A stretch of 64,000 nt of DNA from Sulfurimonas sp. (lineage in GTDB: Bacteria > Campylobacterota > Campylobacteria > Campylobacterales > Sulfurimonadaceae). The stretch is from NCBI GenBank assembly GCA_041662225.1, contig JBAZSX010000007.1, positions 30,958 to 94,957 of the forward strand. Direction: 5' to 3'. Numbering within the stretch: the stretch's first letter is position 1; each line of letters begins with the position of its first letter. A model generated the notes under the pieces. It worked only from the letters and a program-made list of their open reading frames with translations, made no database searches and was not told the DNA's origin. The translations under genes and the position numbers were made by a program. Below, piece by piece: positions 8,459-17,187 of this stretch.

Positions 8459-9766
8459 ATGAAAAAACAAAAGTTTATCTATTCGTTGTCGGTAATTGCC
8501 GCACTATCGTTTTATGGTTGCGGTTCTAGCACGAGTACAAACACTAGTGCAATAGCTGATGCTTCTGCTTCCGTAGAAGCTGCAATTTCTGCAGTTTCAG
8601 GATACAGTGTAGTTGTTGAAAGAGGTGCTGTTTATGATTCTAATGTTACAGATGCTAATGGGAGTGTTGCAGTACAGGTAAGCGATACAAACAATACATA
8701 TGTATTTGCGAATGAGCCTGTTTTCCCTGTTACGGCTGTAGGTGGATGGATTGATGTTGACGGTGATGGAAATTTAACGGCTGCGGATGTTGCCCTTGAT
8801 ATTAATCTTACATCTTACAGCAATGTAATTACTCCTACTACTACATATATCGCTGATGAAAATGAAACAGTTCGTGAGCAGAAATTATTTGCGCTGGCAC
8901 AGGAAACAAATACAACAATTGAAGAGTTGCTAAAAGTCCCGTCTGAGGCAACCAAGAAGTCCATTATTGTCCTTAACGCTGTTTATGAGAAATTGATTGA
9001 AAGAGACAATGAACACTCGCATGCACCTATTGCAATCGAGGCGATTTTAAAAAGATTTACAGAAATTGAGAATAACAGCAATTTGGATGAGAATGCTACA
9101 TCTTTAGAGATGGCGCTTGCCGTTGAAGAGCAAACAATGTTTAGTCTTGAAGCACAAGGTTTAATACAGACACTAAACCTTGATGAAATAGAAGAAATTA
9201 AAGCTAAAAAACCTTCAAAACAGAATAGAGGTGATGAAAACTCCGCTCCTGAGAAAGCCGAGGATGTAACTATCAAAATTTCTGCTCCCGAGAAAGCCGA
9301 GGATGTAACTTTCAAAATCTCTGCTCCCGAGAAAGCCGAGGATGTAACTTTCAAAATCTCTGCTCCTGAGAAAGCCGAGGATGTAACTATCAAAATTTCT
9401 GCTCCCGAGAAAGCCGAGGATGTAACTTTCAAAATCTCTGCTCCAGAAAAAGCCGAGGATGTAACTTTCAAAATCTCTGCTCCAGAAAAAGCCGAGGATG
9501 TAACTTCCGATTCAGAAACAACGGATGCAGTGACTTCCGACTCAGAAACAACTGACGGTACAGCTTCTAATCCAGTAACAACCGAAAGTAACACTCCAGA
9601 TTCAGCAGCAATTGATGTTGTAGCTTCTACTTCAGGAACAACTGATAGTAATTCGGGTTCAGCGACAACTGATGCTATAGCCTCAGAATCAGCAACAACC
9701 GATACTGTAACTTCCGACTCGGAAACAACCGATAGTGAAGTTTCCAACCCACTACCTATAGTATAA
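8459..9766 (+). CDS. Lipoprotein with 13-aa tandem repeats and an acidic Ser/Thr-rich tail
   Basis: AAAGGA RBS; lipobox FYG-C; SAPEKAEDVT[IF]KI repeats. Confidence 0.85.
   Translation: MKKQKFIYSLSVIAALSFYGCGSSTSTNTSAIADASASVEAAISAVSGYSVVVERGAVYDSNVTDANGSVAVQVSDTNNTYVFANEPVFPVTAVGGWIDVDGDGNLTAADVALDINLTSYSNVITPTTTYIADENETVREQKLFALAQETNTTIEELLKVPSEATKKSIIVLNAVYEKLIERDNEHSHAPIAIEAILKRFTEIENNSNLDENATSLEMALAVEEQTMFSLEAQGLIQTLNLDEIEEIKAKKPSKQNRGDENSAPEKAEDVTIKISAPEKAEDVTFKISAPEKAEDVTFKISAPEKAEDVTIKISAPEKAEDVTFKISAPEKAEDVTFKISAPEKAEDVTSDSETTDAVTSDSETTDGTASNPVTTESNTPDSAAIDVVASTSGTTDSNSGSATTDAIASESATTDTVTSDSETTDSEVSNPLPIV
9241..9505 (+). repeat. 39-bp coding tandem repeat, 6 full units plus 1 partial
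   Basis: Repeats of TCTGCTCC[CTA]GA[GA]AAAGCCGAGGATGTAACT[TA]TCAAAAT[CT]. Confidence 0.9.
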
Positions 9767-10010
9767 GATAATAATAGATTATAAGGAGCTTGCCAAACAG
9801 TTATATTTGGTAGGCTCATCAAACTTCCACCACGCAGACCGCACATGCTAGAAAATTTTCCAGAGTATCTTTTAAAATTCTCATCCCAATCTCATTTTTA
9901 ACAATTACAATTATAGAATACATACTAAAATAAAAGAACCTATTATGATAGATAAAATCTAAAGGTGCTTATATCTTAATCTTTTGGATACTAAAAATTG
10001 AGGATGAATT

Positions 10011-10205
10011 ATGTTAAATGTAATAGAAATGAAAAAAGAGATAGAAGAGAATTTTCCATTGCTAGAGCAAGCAAGAAAGTTATTAGATGAGGTAATAAGA
10101 AGTGAACAGCCGCGAATCTCATATAGTGAAGAGCAACTAGCACTCTTGGAATCGTGGGATATACTTTGTAAAAGGCAGATGGAGTTAATGATGCGGGCTC
10201 GATAA
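10011..10205 (+). CDS. Small hypothetical protein, probably part of a decayed element
   Basis: GAGGA RBS; 64 aa; no motif recognised. Confidence 0.5.
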   Translation: MLNVIEMKKEIEENFPLLEQARKLLDEVIRSEQPRISYSEEQLALLESWDILCKRQMELMMRAR

Positions 10206-10458
10206 GTAGTTGAATGTACCTTCTCTGTTTACATGTTTCTTGAACTTTATAAATTTTTAAAGGTGCATAATTTTTGTTAGAAGTGTCATACAGTTGATTT
10301 TTTATATGTTTTGTGCCTGTGAAAGCCCATGTTTTAGGGTGTTTGAAGTGAATTTTTTTCTTCTGGTGGAAGTGAGGGGTTTACGATATACCTATTATAG
10401 GGCTTTATAGGCATAACTTTAAAAATATACCCCTAAAAATTAATGTGTACTTTTATAT

Positions 10459-10740
10459 TTATAAATCATCTTGGCATTTTTTAATGCCTATGATTGTAAT
10501 AATTTCTTTTATAGTATCAACTCTATAAACAATTGTATAACCTTTAAAAATTAAATCTCTTATGCTCTCATCTTGAAAATAGATTGATTGTCGAAACTTA
10601 AAAGGCATGTTTACTAAATTATTCATTTTATGTATCAATTCATTTTTAAAATTTTTAGCGTTGCGTTTATTGTCAAGTGCTATAAAATATAAAACTTCTT
10701 TAAATTGATTATGAAATTTTATGCTTTTTATAATCTGCAT
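10459..10740 (-). CDS. RelE/ParE-family toxin
   Basis: Basic 93-aa protein with FIALDN..AKNF..EL, P...R and RDLIFKGYTIVYRV motifs. Confidence 0.85.
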   Translation of the reverse strand: MQIIKSIKFHNQFKEVLYFIALDNKRNAKNFKNELIHKMNNLVNMPFKFRQSIYFQDESIRDLIFKGYTIVYRVDTIKEIITIIGIKKCQDDL

Positions 10741-11001
10741 TTATTTAACATTATCAATAAAAGCATCTAACTCATCAAATCCATCATCAAAAGGAACTAA
10801 TCTAACTTTTCCACTTTCAATTTCTTCAAGTGCGTTTTGAAAATATGCTTTGTCATCTTGGAAGTTTTGAGAACTCAAATAGCTCTCTTTGTTATACAAG
10901 ATTTTATTAAATGCAAGTTTTAATTCATCTTGAATATTGATACCTTTTTTTATCATCTCATCGTATAAATTATCTTCAACTTGAAAATGTATAGTTTGCA
11001 T
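10741..11001 (-). CDS. Cognate antitoxin
   Basis: Acidic 86-aa ORF abutting the toxin start; C-terminal ALEEIESGK. Confidence 0.75.
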   Translation of the reverse strand: MQTIHFQVEDNLYDEMIKKGINIQDELKLAFNKILYNKESYLSSQNFQDDKAYFQNALEEIESGKVRLVPFDDGFDELDAFIDNVK

Positions 11002-11225
11002 TAAAAAATCCTTGAATATAAACTTTGTAAAATTATAGCAATGTTAGTTCAATATCATCTAAATGAATATTTATAATTAATCCGATAAAGAGATTTTTTA
11101 AATATACCCCTAAAAACTTTGGATAACTATAACATACATAAGATTAACTTAGACTAATGAAGAGGCTTAAAGTTCGTTGGCTAGGGGGCTTTGTGGGTTT
11201 CTTTGGATTGGTTTAGATTGTGTGG

Positions 11226-11313
11226 TGGTGGACAGTGAGGGGTTCGAACCCTCGGTAGGTTACCCTACGCTACCTTTCCAAGGTAGTAGATTCAACCGCT
11301 CTCCCAACTGTCC
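11226..11313 (-). tRNA. tRNA-Ser(GGA), CCA encoded
   Basis: Cloverleaf: acceptor GGACAGT/ACTGTCC, anticodon arm CTACC-TTGGAAA-GGTAG, long variable arm GTAGG-GTAA-CCTAC, T arm GAGGG-TTCGAAC-CCCTC. Confidence 0.95.
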
Positions 11314-11371
11314 ATTAATGAGAAGTTGAATTTTACCGACTTCGTTCTTAATTTTTAGTAATATTACCCAT

Positions 11372-11941
11372 TTATAAATTTTTTGCTTCGCTGAAACTTT
11401 CATTTTGGCTATCGTAAGTTATATATGAAGCATAGGGAAGAGATATGTTAAAAGCTTCTTCAAGGCTAAGATTTAATACTAAGCACATAAAAACTCTTAT
11501 AACTCCTGCATGTGTAACTACTAAAATACTTTCTTTTTTTAATGATGGTAAATACTCTAAAAAAAACTCTTTTACTCTATTTAAATAGCTCTCATAATCT
11601 TCACCGTCAAGGGCATTGATCCACTGCAAAAAATCTTTATAAACTATGCCGTCTCGCGCAACTATCTCATCAAAACTTAAGCCTTCATGTCGTCCCCATG
11701 ATTTTTCTCTTAGCTTATTTGTGCAGATAGCATTCTTAGCCTGTGAAAAGTTTTTAATACTCTCTTTTACACGAATAAGATCTGAACAAAAAACTTTGTC
11801 AAACTTTAAATCGTAAAAATGTTCGGCTAATTTTTTAGCTTGTTCGTAGCCTGCTTTAGAGAGTCCAATATCCAGATGTCCATTATATCTCTTATGATAT
11901 GCCTCATCAACCTCTGCATGACGAATGAGAGTGATTTTCAT
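11372..11941 (-). CDS. cobC: Histidine phosphatase, CobC-like alpha-ribazole phosphatase
   Basis: LIRHAE, SDLIR, LREK..G and VVTHAGVIR motifs; adjacent to cobS. Confidence 0.75.
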   Translation of the reverse strand: MKITLIRHAEVDEAYHKRYNGHLDIGLSKAGYEQAKKLAEHFYDLKFDKVFCSDLIRVKESIKNFSQAKNAICTNKLREKSWGRHEGLSFDEIVARDGIVYKDFLQWINALDGEDYESYLNRVKEFFLEYLPSLKKESILVVTHAGVIRVFMCLVLNLSLEEAFNISLPYASYITYDSQNESFSEAKNL

Positions 11942-12675
11942 GAAATGCCAATAATCAGTATGCTGTTTAACAAAATTAACTCTGTTACTTCAATACAGAA
12001 CCCGTAAATATCCCCGGTAAAGCCGCCATATCTTTTGAGAAAGTAGAGTTTTATAACAAACAAAATTAACAGACTCACAAATATCAGAACAAGATTCAAT
12101 AAACCGAACATCAAAGCGCCAATGGTAATGACATAGATTGTAGCTGCAAGAACTTGAAAATTTTTCAACTCCTCTTTTGCAAAACTGCTCATGCCATTGG
12201 GGCTGACATAGGGATAAAAGTAGATTGCCAAAACAGCGTTGAAGCGGGAGAGCATTAAAACCAGTGGAAGCAGATAAAAGGCATCAAACACCGCCAAGGT
12301 AGAAGCTTTTAATATTAAAAAAGCAGCTGTGAATATCATTCCCATTGCGCCGACATGCGGCTCTTTCATAACCTCTAGTGCTCTCTCTCTTGGAGTGTAA
12401 ATACCATCAATAGTATCACTCAAACCATCAAGATGCAGTGCACCCGTGAGAAATATCCACATGCCAAAGATGATAATGCCTAGGTGAGTATGAGGAATAT
12501 AGGGGTTTAAGAGTTCATGCATGCCCCACAATATTGCACCAAGAATAAATCCAACCAAAGGGTAGGACATGACTGCATAGCCGTTTATTCCTTTGCTGAA
12601 ATCATGCACTCTAAAAAAAGGAAGCGTCGTGAGCATGGAGACGGCAAGGGCAAAACCTTTGAAAATATCTCTCAT
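11938..12675 (-). CDS. cobS: Adenosylcobinamide-GDP ribazoletransferase
   Basis: LTGALHLDGLSDT, MKEPHVGAMG and GGFTGDIYG motifs. Confidence 0.92.
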   Translation of the reverse strand: MRDIFKGFALAVSMLTTLPFFRVHDFSKGINGYAVMSYPLVGFILGAILWGMHELLNPYIPHTHLGIIIFGMWIFLTGALHLDGLSDTIDGIYTPRERALEVMKEPHVGAMGMIFTAAFLILKASTLAVFDAFYLLPLVLMLSRFNAVLAIYFYPYVSPNGMSSFAKEELKNFQVLAATIYVITIGALMFGLLNLVLIFVSLLILFVIKLYFLKRYGGFTGDIYGFCIEVTELILLNSILIIGIS

Positions 12676-13202
12676 TTTATCCTTGTTGCTATGCCGGCAA
12701 CCGTATGATAAACTTCATCGCAGTGCGACGCAATCAGTTGTGACAGTTTTCCGCTGATATCAATAAACACTCTTGCTAGTTTATTTTCAGGAATAACTCC
12801 GCAGCCAACATCATTCATAACAAACACAATGTTTTGTTTGAGTTTTAGGATATTTGTTAGTTCTTCCTTCATATCAGAAAAATCAAATCCATGATAAAGC
12901 ATATTATTAATCCACATGCTAAGGCACTCAACCAAAAAGCTATCCTGACGCTCCAAGAGTATTTCTTTGCTATCTCTCACAGCACATGCAGAAATTTTTT
13001 CGTAAAGTTTTAACGGCTCTTCTATAGTTATAAAATTATCTTTTCGCTGTTCTTTATGCGCATGAATTCTTATTTGCATCTCATCATCAATAAACTCTGT
13101 TGTAGCCAAATAGTAGGGTTTTGTTGATGAATTTTTAAGTATGAAATTTTCTGCATTCAAAGATTTACCGCTTTTTATACCGCCGATAAAAAGTGCTTTC
13201 AT
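12672..13202 (-). CDS. cobU: Bifunctional cobinamide kinase / guanylyltransferase
   Basis: GGIKSGKS P-loop, RIHAHKEQR, EEP, ECLSMW and V.AGI motifs. Confidence 0.9.
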   Translation of the reverse strand: MKALFIGGIKSGKSLNAENFILKNSSTKPYYLATTEFIDDEMQIRIHAHKEQRKDNFITIEEPLKLYEKISACAVRDSKEILLERQDSFLVECLSMWINNMLYHGFDFSDMKEELTNILKLKQNIVFVMNDVGCGVIPENKLARVFIDISGKLSQLIASHCDEVYHTVAGIATRIK

Positions 13203-13847
13203 CTACCGTACTATATCGCTGTAGTCATATTTACTCAAATCAATATACATTTTTTTGCCAACAGTAACAACTCTCTTTTCATCTTTTATTTTTTTAAATC
13301 TCTTTTTTATTTTTTCTTGCATCTGTTCTGGAAAACCGCTGTTTTTGAGATATTTTTTTATAGAGATGCGCTGGCTTTCTTTTTTGGGTGCATCTTCAAT
13401 ATCTTCTATATCTGCTTCTACATGCGGCTCTTTTATGCTCTCTTGCATCGGAGTGTTGAGCATGAATTGTGAAGAGATAGTGTTGAGGATATTTTTTAAC
13501 TGTTCATCTTTATCCCTATAAATCTGTTCTATTTTTATTCGCTCTTCTATGAGCATCTGCTCTTTTTGGTCTCGGAGCGTTCTTGTTTCACCTTCAAGTT
13601 TTTCAACTTTTTCCTGAAGTTTTACATTTTGCTCTTCTAAAAATTTATAGTATTTATCATCGTTATTTTTGTCACTTTTTTTTGTTTGTGTTTTGTTAGT
13701 TGCTTGTGAAACAGCTCCATCTATTTCAACAAGCTTCACACCACTTTCTACAACGCTTTGCAATGAGCCTCTTCTGATTCTGTTATGGATAGCCTCTTTA
13801 GAAACCCCAAAATGGGTAGCTGCATCTTCAATGCTCATCTTCGACAT
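13203..13847 (-). CDS. HTH plus coiled-coil DNA-binding protein
   Basis: MSIEDAATHFGVSKEAIHNRIRRG HTH; central coiled coil. Confidence 0.7.
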   Translation of the reverse strand: MSKMSIEDAATHFGVSKEAIHNRIRRGSLQSVVESGVKLVEIDGAVSQATNKTQTKKSDKNNDDKYYKFLEEQNVKLQEKVEKLEGETRTLRDQKEQMLIEERIKIEQIYRDKDEQLKNILNTISSQFMLNTPMQESIKEPHVEADIEDIEDAPKKESQRISIKKYLKNSGFPEQMQEKIKKRFKKIKDEKRVVTVGKKMYIDLSKYDYSDIVR

Positions 13848-13852
13848 ATGAA

Positions 13853-14356
13853 TTATCTCATATTTTCAAACACAAGAGGAGCTTCCCACTCCATGCCGCG
13901 AATTGCAGCAATTACAGCTTGCAAATCATCAAGTTTTGCACCTTTTACTCTTATAGAATCGCCTTCTATTTGGGCATTTACTTTGAGTTTTAGGTTTTTT
14001 ATCTCAGCAGTAATTTTTTTTGCTTCCTTTGAGTCTATATAGTCCACGATTTTAAAAGTTGCTTTTCTGGTTCCGCCGCTTGCATCTTCCACTTTCTGCT
14101 CATCCAAAACTTTGGAGGATAAATCCTGTCTTAAAAGTTTTGCGATAACAACATCTTTTAGAGCATCCAGTTTATTGTCGCTTGAAGCTATTAAAATAAG
14201 CAGCTTATCTTTCTCTTTATAGGTGACTTCATAGTTCGTCCCCTTGAAATCGTAACGGTTTGCAACCTCTTTATCAACTGAGTTAATTGCATCCTTAAAA
14301 CTCTGCATGTTTATTTTTGCACTAATATCAAATGAATACTCTTTCGCCATTTTCAA
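13853..14356 (-). CDS. yajQ: YajQ-family nucleotide / c-di-GMP-binding protein
   Basis: SFDISAK, NRYDFKG, QIEGDSIRVKGAKLDDLQ and FENMR motifs. Confidence 0.93.
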   Translation of the reverse strand: MKMAKEYSFDISAKINMQSFKDAINSVDKEVANRYDFKGTNYEVTYKEKDKLLILIASSDNKLDALKDVVIAKLLRQDLSSKVLDEQKVEDASGGTRKATFKIVDYIDSKEAKKITAEIKNLKLKVNAQIEGDSIRVKGAKLDDLQAVIAAIRGMEWEAPLVFENMR

Positions 14357-14420
14357 ATCCTTTATTTCTATAATTGAAAATTATTATAACACATTTCAAT
14401 TGTTAGTTCTGTTAGTTGTT

Positions 14421-15122
14421 TTAAAAACTAGGACTCCCATCAAAACCAAAACCGCCGCCAAAATTACTAAAATTTGGGTCTGTGTATCCGAGCATCGCAG
14501 ATTTAGAGCGAAGTTTTTCTATATCGGCTTTACTTGAAATCCCCTGTGGGCAGACAACCGTGCATTCGTTGCAAAGGGTACAATCCCAAATTCCGTTTGT
14601 TTGGATATTGTCTATTTTGGCACTGACCCCGTCTTCCCTTGTATCGCTAACATATCTCCAAACTCTTGTGAGTGAGAATGGACCAAGAAACTCCTCATTT
14701 ACGGCATAAACAGGGCAAGCGCTGTAGCATGAGCCGCAAAGAATGCAGTCACTTTGAACTTCATTTCGCTTCTCATCCTCTGCACTTAATGAAATATTCT
14801 TGCTCTGTGAATTCTGCCAAGCTTTTGCTTTTACATTTAAAGAGTAAGCTTTCTCCATGTCAACAACTAAATCACGAATTACAGTTACATTTCTAAGAGG
14901 CTCAACCAAATCCCCATCTTGCACCTTATACCCGCATGCCGAAACTTCCCGGCCGTTGACGCGCACAGAACAACTACCGCAGACGCTGCTTCTGCATCCG
15001 CTGGAGTAGGTAAGGGTTGAATCCTGCTTAGTTTTTATCTCGTTTAGAACTTCTAAGAGTGTTGCATTTTGCATCTCAACTTCATACTCTGCAACCTCTT
15101 CTCTTTTGATTTTTATCTTCAT
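14421..15122 (-). CDS. Succinate dehydrogenase / fumarate reductase Fe-S subunit
   Basis: GCRSSVCGSC...C (2Fe-2S), CILCGSCYSACP and CTLCNECTVVCP. Confidence 0.9.
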   Translation of the reverse strand: MKIKIKREEVAEYEVEMQNATLLEVLNEIKTKQDSTLTYSSGCRSSVCGSCSVRVNGREVSACGYKVQDGDLVEPLRNVTVIRDLVVDMEKAYSLNVKAKAWQNSQSKNISLSAEDEKRNEVQSDCILCGSCYSACPVYAVNEEFLGPFSLTRVWRYVSDTREDGVSAKIDNIQTNGIWDCTLCNECTVVCPQGISSKADIEKLRSKSAMLGYTDPNFSNFGGGFGFDGSPSF

Positions 15123-15125
15123 ATA

Positions 15126-16745
15126 CTACTCCATAAAGTCTGCATAAAGCACATCATCATCTTTCCAAGTTATCGTATGCGCCTTGTATGCCATGTCATT
15201 TTCGTTTGGTATATCTGCTCTAAAGTGCGCACCTCGGCTCTCATTTCTGCTTATTGCACAAATAAGAATTATCTCGCAAAGCTCCACCATGTTAGTAAAC
15301 TCTATAAACTCGACAAGGTTTGTATTATAGAGTTTTGACTTATCTTTGGGACCCATAAAAGGAATCTCTTTTTGTATCTGTCTGACAGCGTCTAGAACCG
15401 TTTTTAAGCCCATCTCATCTCTGCTTATACCAACATTGCTATAAAAAATATTGCCTATAAACTCTCGTTTTTGATAAAAATCTATTTGATTTGTAAACTG
15501 TTTCACAGCTGTTATAAAGTTATGAGCACTTTTTGTTTGCACAATTGCATCAATGTTCTTATTAAACTTCTTTGCATACTCCGCCGCACTCTCTCCTGCT
15601 TGCTTACCAAAAACTACAAGCTCTAAAAGGGAGTTTCCGCCAAGACGGTTTGCACCGTGAACTTTGTGGTTTGCACACTCGCCTACGGCAAAAAGCCCTT
15701 TTAATTTTGTTTGAGACTCATTATCTACCTCTATTCCGCCCATGGTGTAGTGCGCCACAGGTTTTATTGGAATAAGCTCATAAACTGGGTCAACATTCTC
15801 ATACAGAATTGCCAGTTTTCTCTCTTGCGGAAGCTCTTCATCTATAAACTTTTCACCTAGATGGCGAATATCCAAAAACACCTCTTCACCTTTTTCTATC
15901 TCACTGTTTATTGCACGTGCGACTTCGTCGCGGGGAGCAAGCTCGTTTGTAAATCTTTTGCCTTTAGAGTTTAAAAGATGTCCTCCTGCACCTCTGGCAC
16001 TCTCGGAAATAAGTATAGATGAATTTTTAAGAGCAGTCGGATGGAATTGTATAAACTCCATGTTACTTAGTCTTGCCCCAGCACGGATTGCAGCTGCTAT
16101 TCCGTCTCCGGTTGTGCCGACGGCGTTGGTTGAGTGTTTATGATAGACTCTGCCGTATCCTCCGGTTGCGATAATCACAGAGGCACTCTCGTAGCTCTCA
16201 GCCTCGCCGGTTCTTATGTTCAAAACCGTCGCTCCACAGGCATAAGGTTTATTATTCTCATCTTTGTCTGTTATTATATTTAAAAGGTATCTCTCATTTA
16301 AAATCTCAATTCCACATGCCAAAACCCTATCATAAAGCGTATGAAGAATTTTTAAACCTGTGTAATCCTGAGCGTAACAAGCCCTCGGAGCTGAAGCACC
16401 GCCAAGAGTTCTCTGCGCGATTTTTGCATCTTTAGTTCTGCTAAAACAGACGCCTATACTGTCGAGCCAATTTACTGCGGTTGGTGCCTCTTCACACATA
16501 AACCGGACTGATGCTTCGTTGGCTAAGCCATGGGCTGATTTGAGAGTGTTTTGTACATGCGCTTCAACGCTATCTTCGCTTGCATTTCCAAGTGCCGCAT
16601 TTATCCCGCCCTGAGCCATAGTTGTCTGGCTTCTTGTCGGGTAATCTTTGGTTATTATTCTTACTTTTGCACCGGCTTCATGGGCATGTATGGCAGCAAC
16701 CAAACCTGCACCGCCTGCTCCTATGATTAAAACATCACTTCTCAT
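15126..16745 (-). CDS. Succinate dehydrogenase / fumarate reductase flavoprotein subunit
   Basis: IGAGGAG, AQGGINA, QFHPT, HYTMGG, HGANRLGGNSL and ESRGAH motifs; no signal peptide seen. Confidence 0.92.
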   Translation of the reverse strand: MRSDVLIIGAGGAGLVAAIHAHEAGAKVRIITKDYPTRSQTTMAQGGINAALGNASEDSVEAHVQNTLKSAHGLANEASVRFMCEEAPTAVNWLDSIGVCFSRTKDAKIAQRTLGGASAPRACYAQDYTGLKILHTLYDRVLACGIEILNERYLLNIITDKDENNKPYACGATVLNIRTGEAESYESASVIIATGGYGRVYHKHSTNAVGTTGDGIAAAIRAGARLSNMEFIQFHPTALKNSSILISESARGAGGHLLNSKGKRFTNELAPRDEVARAINSEIEKGEEVFLDIRHLGEKFIDEELPQERKLAILYENVDPVYELIPIKPVAHYTMGGIEVDNESQTKLKGLFAVGECANHKVHGANRLGGNSLLELVVFGKQAGESAAEYAKKFNKNIDAIVQTKSAHNFITAVKQFTNQIDFYQKREFIGNIFYSNVGISRDEMGLKTVLDAVRQIQKEIPFMGPKDKSKLYNTNLVEFIEFTNMVELCEIILICAISRNESRGAHFRADIPNENDMAYKAHTITWKDDDVLYADFME

Positions 16746-16755
16746 ACACTAACCT

Positions 16756-17160
16756 TTAAAATATTTGAGCTAAAAAGTAGTATCTTATAACTCTTAAACT
16801 TCCTGCAATTATAACAAACCAAACAAACTTAACTCTTATAACACCTGCAACAAGCGTTAGCGGATCGCCGATGAGAGGAAGCCATGTGAAGGGCAGAATA
16901 AAGTATCCGTACTTTTCTCCGTAAGAGAGGCTTTTTAAACCTGTTCTTGATTTTGAAAGTTTTGTTTTTGTTTTTTCGCCAAGCCAGTAACCAAACCAAT
17001 AGTTGAGTATTATTGCCAGAATATTTCCGGATGAGGCAAAAAACATGGCATGTGAAAATGGCATACCCTCGGAGAGAGCCAACAAAAAAGTGGCTTCCGA
17101 GCTGAGCGGAAAGATGGTTGCCGCAAGAAATGCGGAGAGGAAAAGTGCTAATCCCGGCAT
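16756..17160 (-). CDS. YqaA / DedA (VTT) membrane protein
   Basis: FLAATIFPLSSE and WLPLIGDPLTLVAG motifs. Confidence 0.85.
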   Translation of the reverse strand: MPGLALFLSAFLAATIFPLSSEATFLLALSEGMPFSHAMFFASSGNILAIILNYWFGYWLGEKTKTKLSKSRTGLKSLSYGEKYGYFILPFTWLPLIGDPLTLVAGVIRVKFVWFVIIAGSLRVIRYYFLAQIF

Positions 17161-17187
17161 GCATGTTCTCCTTGGTTGAGGATAAAT

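Larger units (their letters stand above)
10364..11244. mobile_element. Integrase-less islet at the tRNA-Ser 3' end carrying a toxin-antitoxin pair
   Basis: TGGTGGA-AGTGAGGGGTT (10364-10381) duplicates the tRNA 3' end (11226-11244) with one base deleted. Confidence 0.7.

Noticed and set aside
9241-9505. 39-bp repeats as a CRISPR array
   Set aside because: Units are contiguous with no unique spacers, in frame within a CDS, and no cas genes are nearby.
8983-9846. 287-aa minus-strand ORF
   Set aside because: Antisense shadow of the repeat-rich lipoprotein, which has the RBS, lipobox and riboswitch; the repeats lack stops on the other strand.
13847-14421. Cobalamin riboswitch for the cob genes
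   Set aside because: The genes are tightly packed and no B12-box-like sequence was seen.
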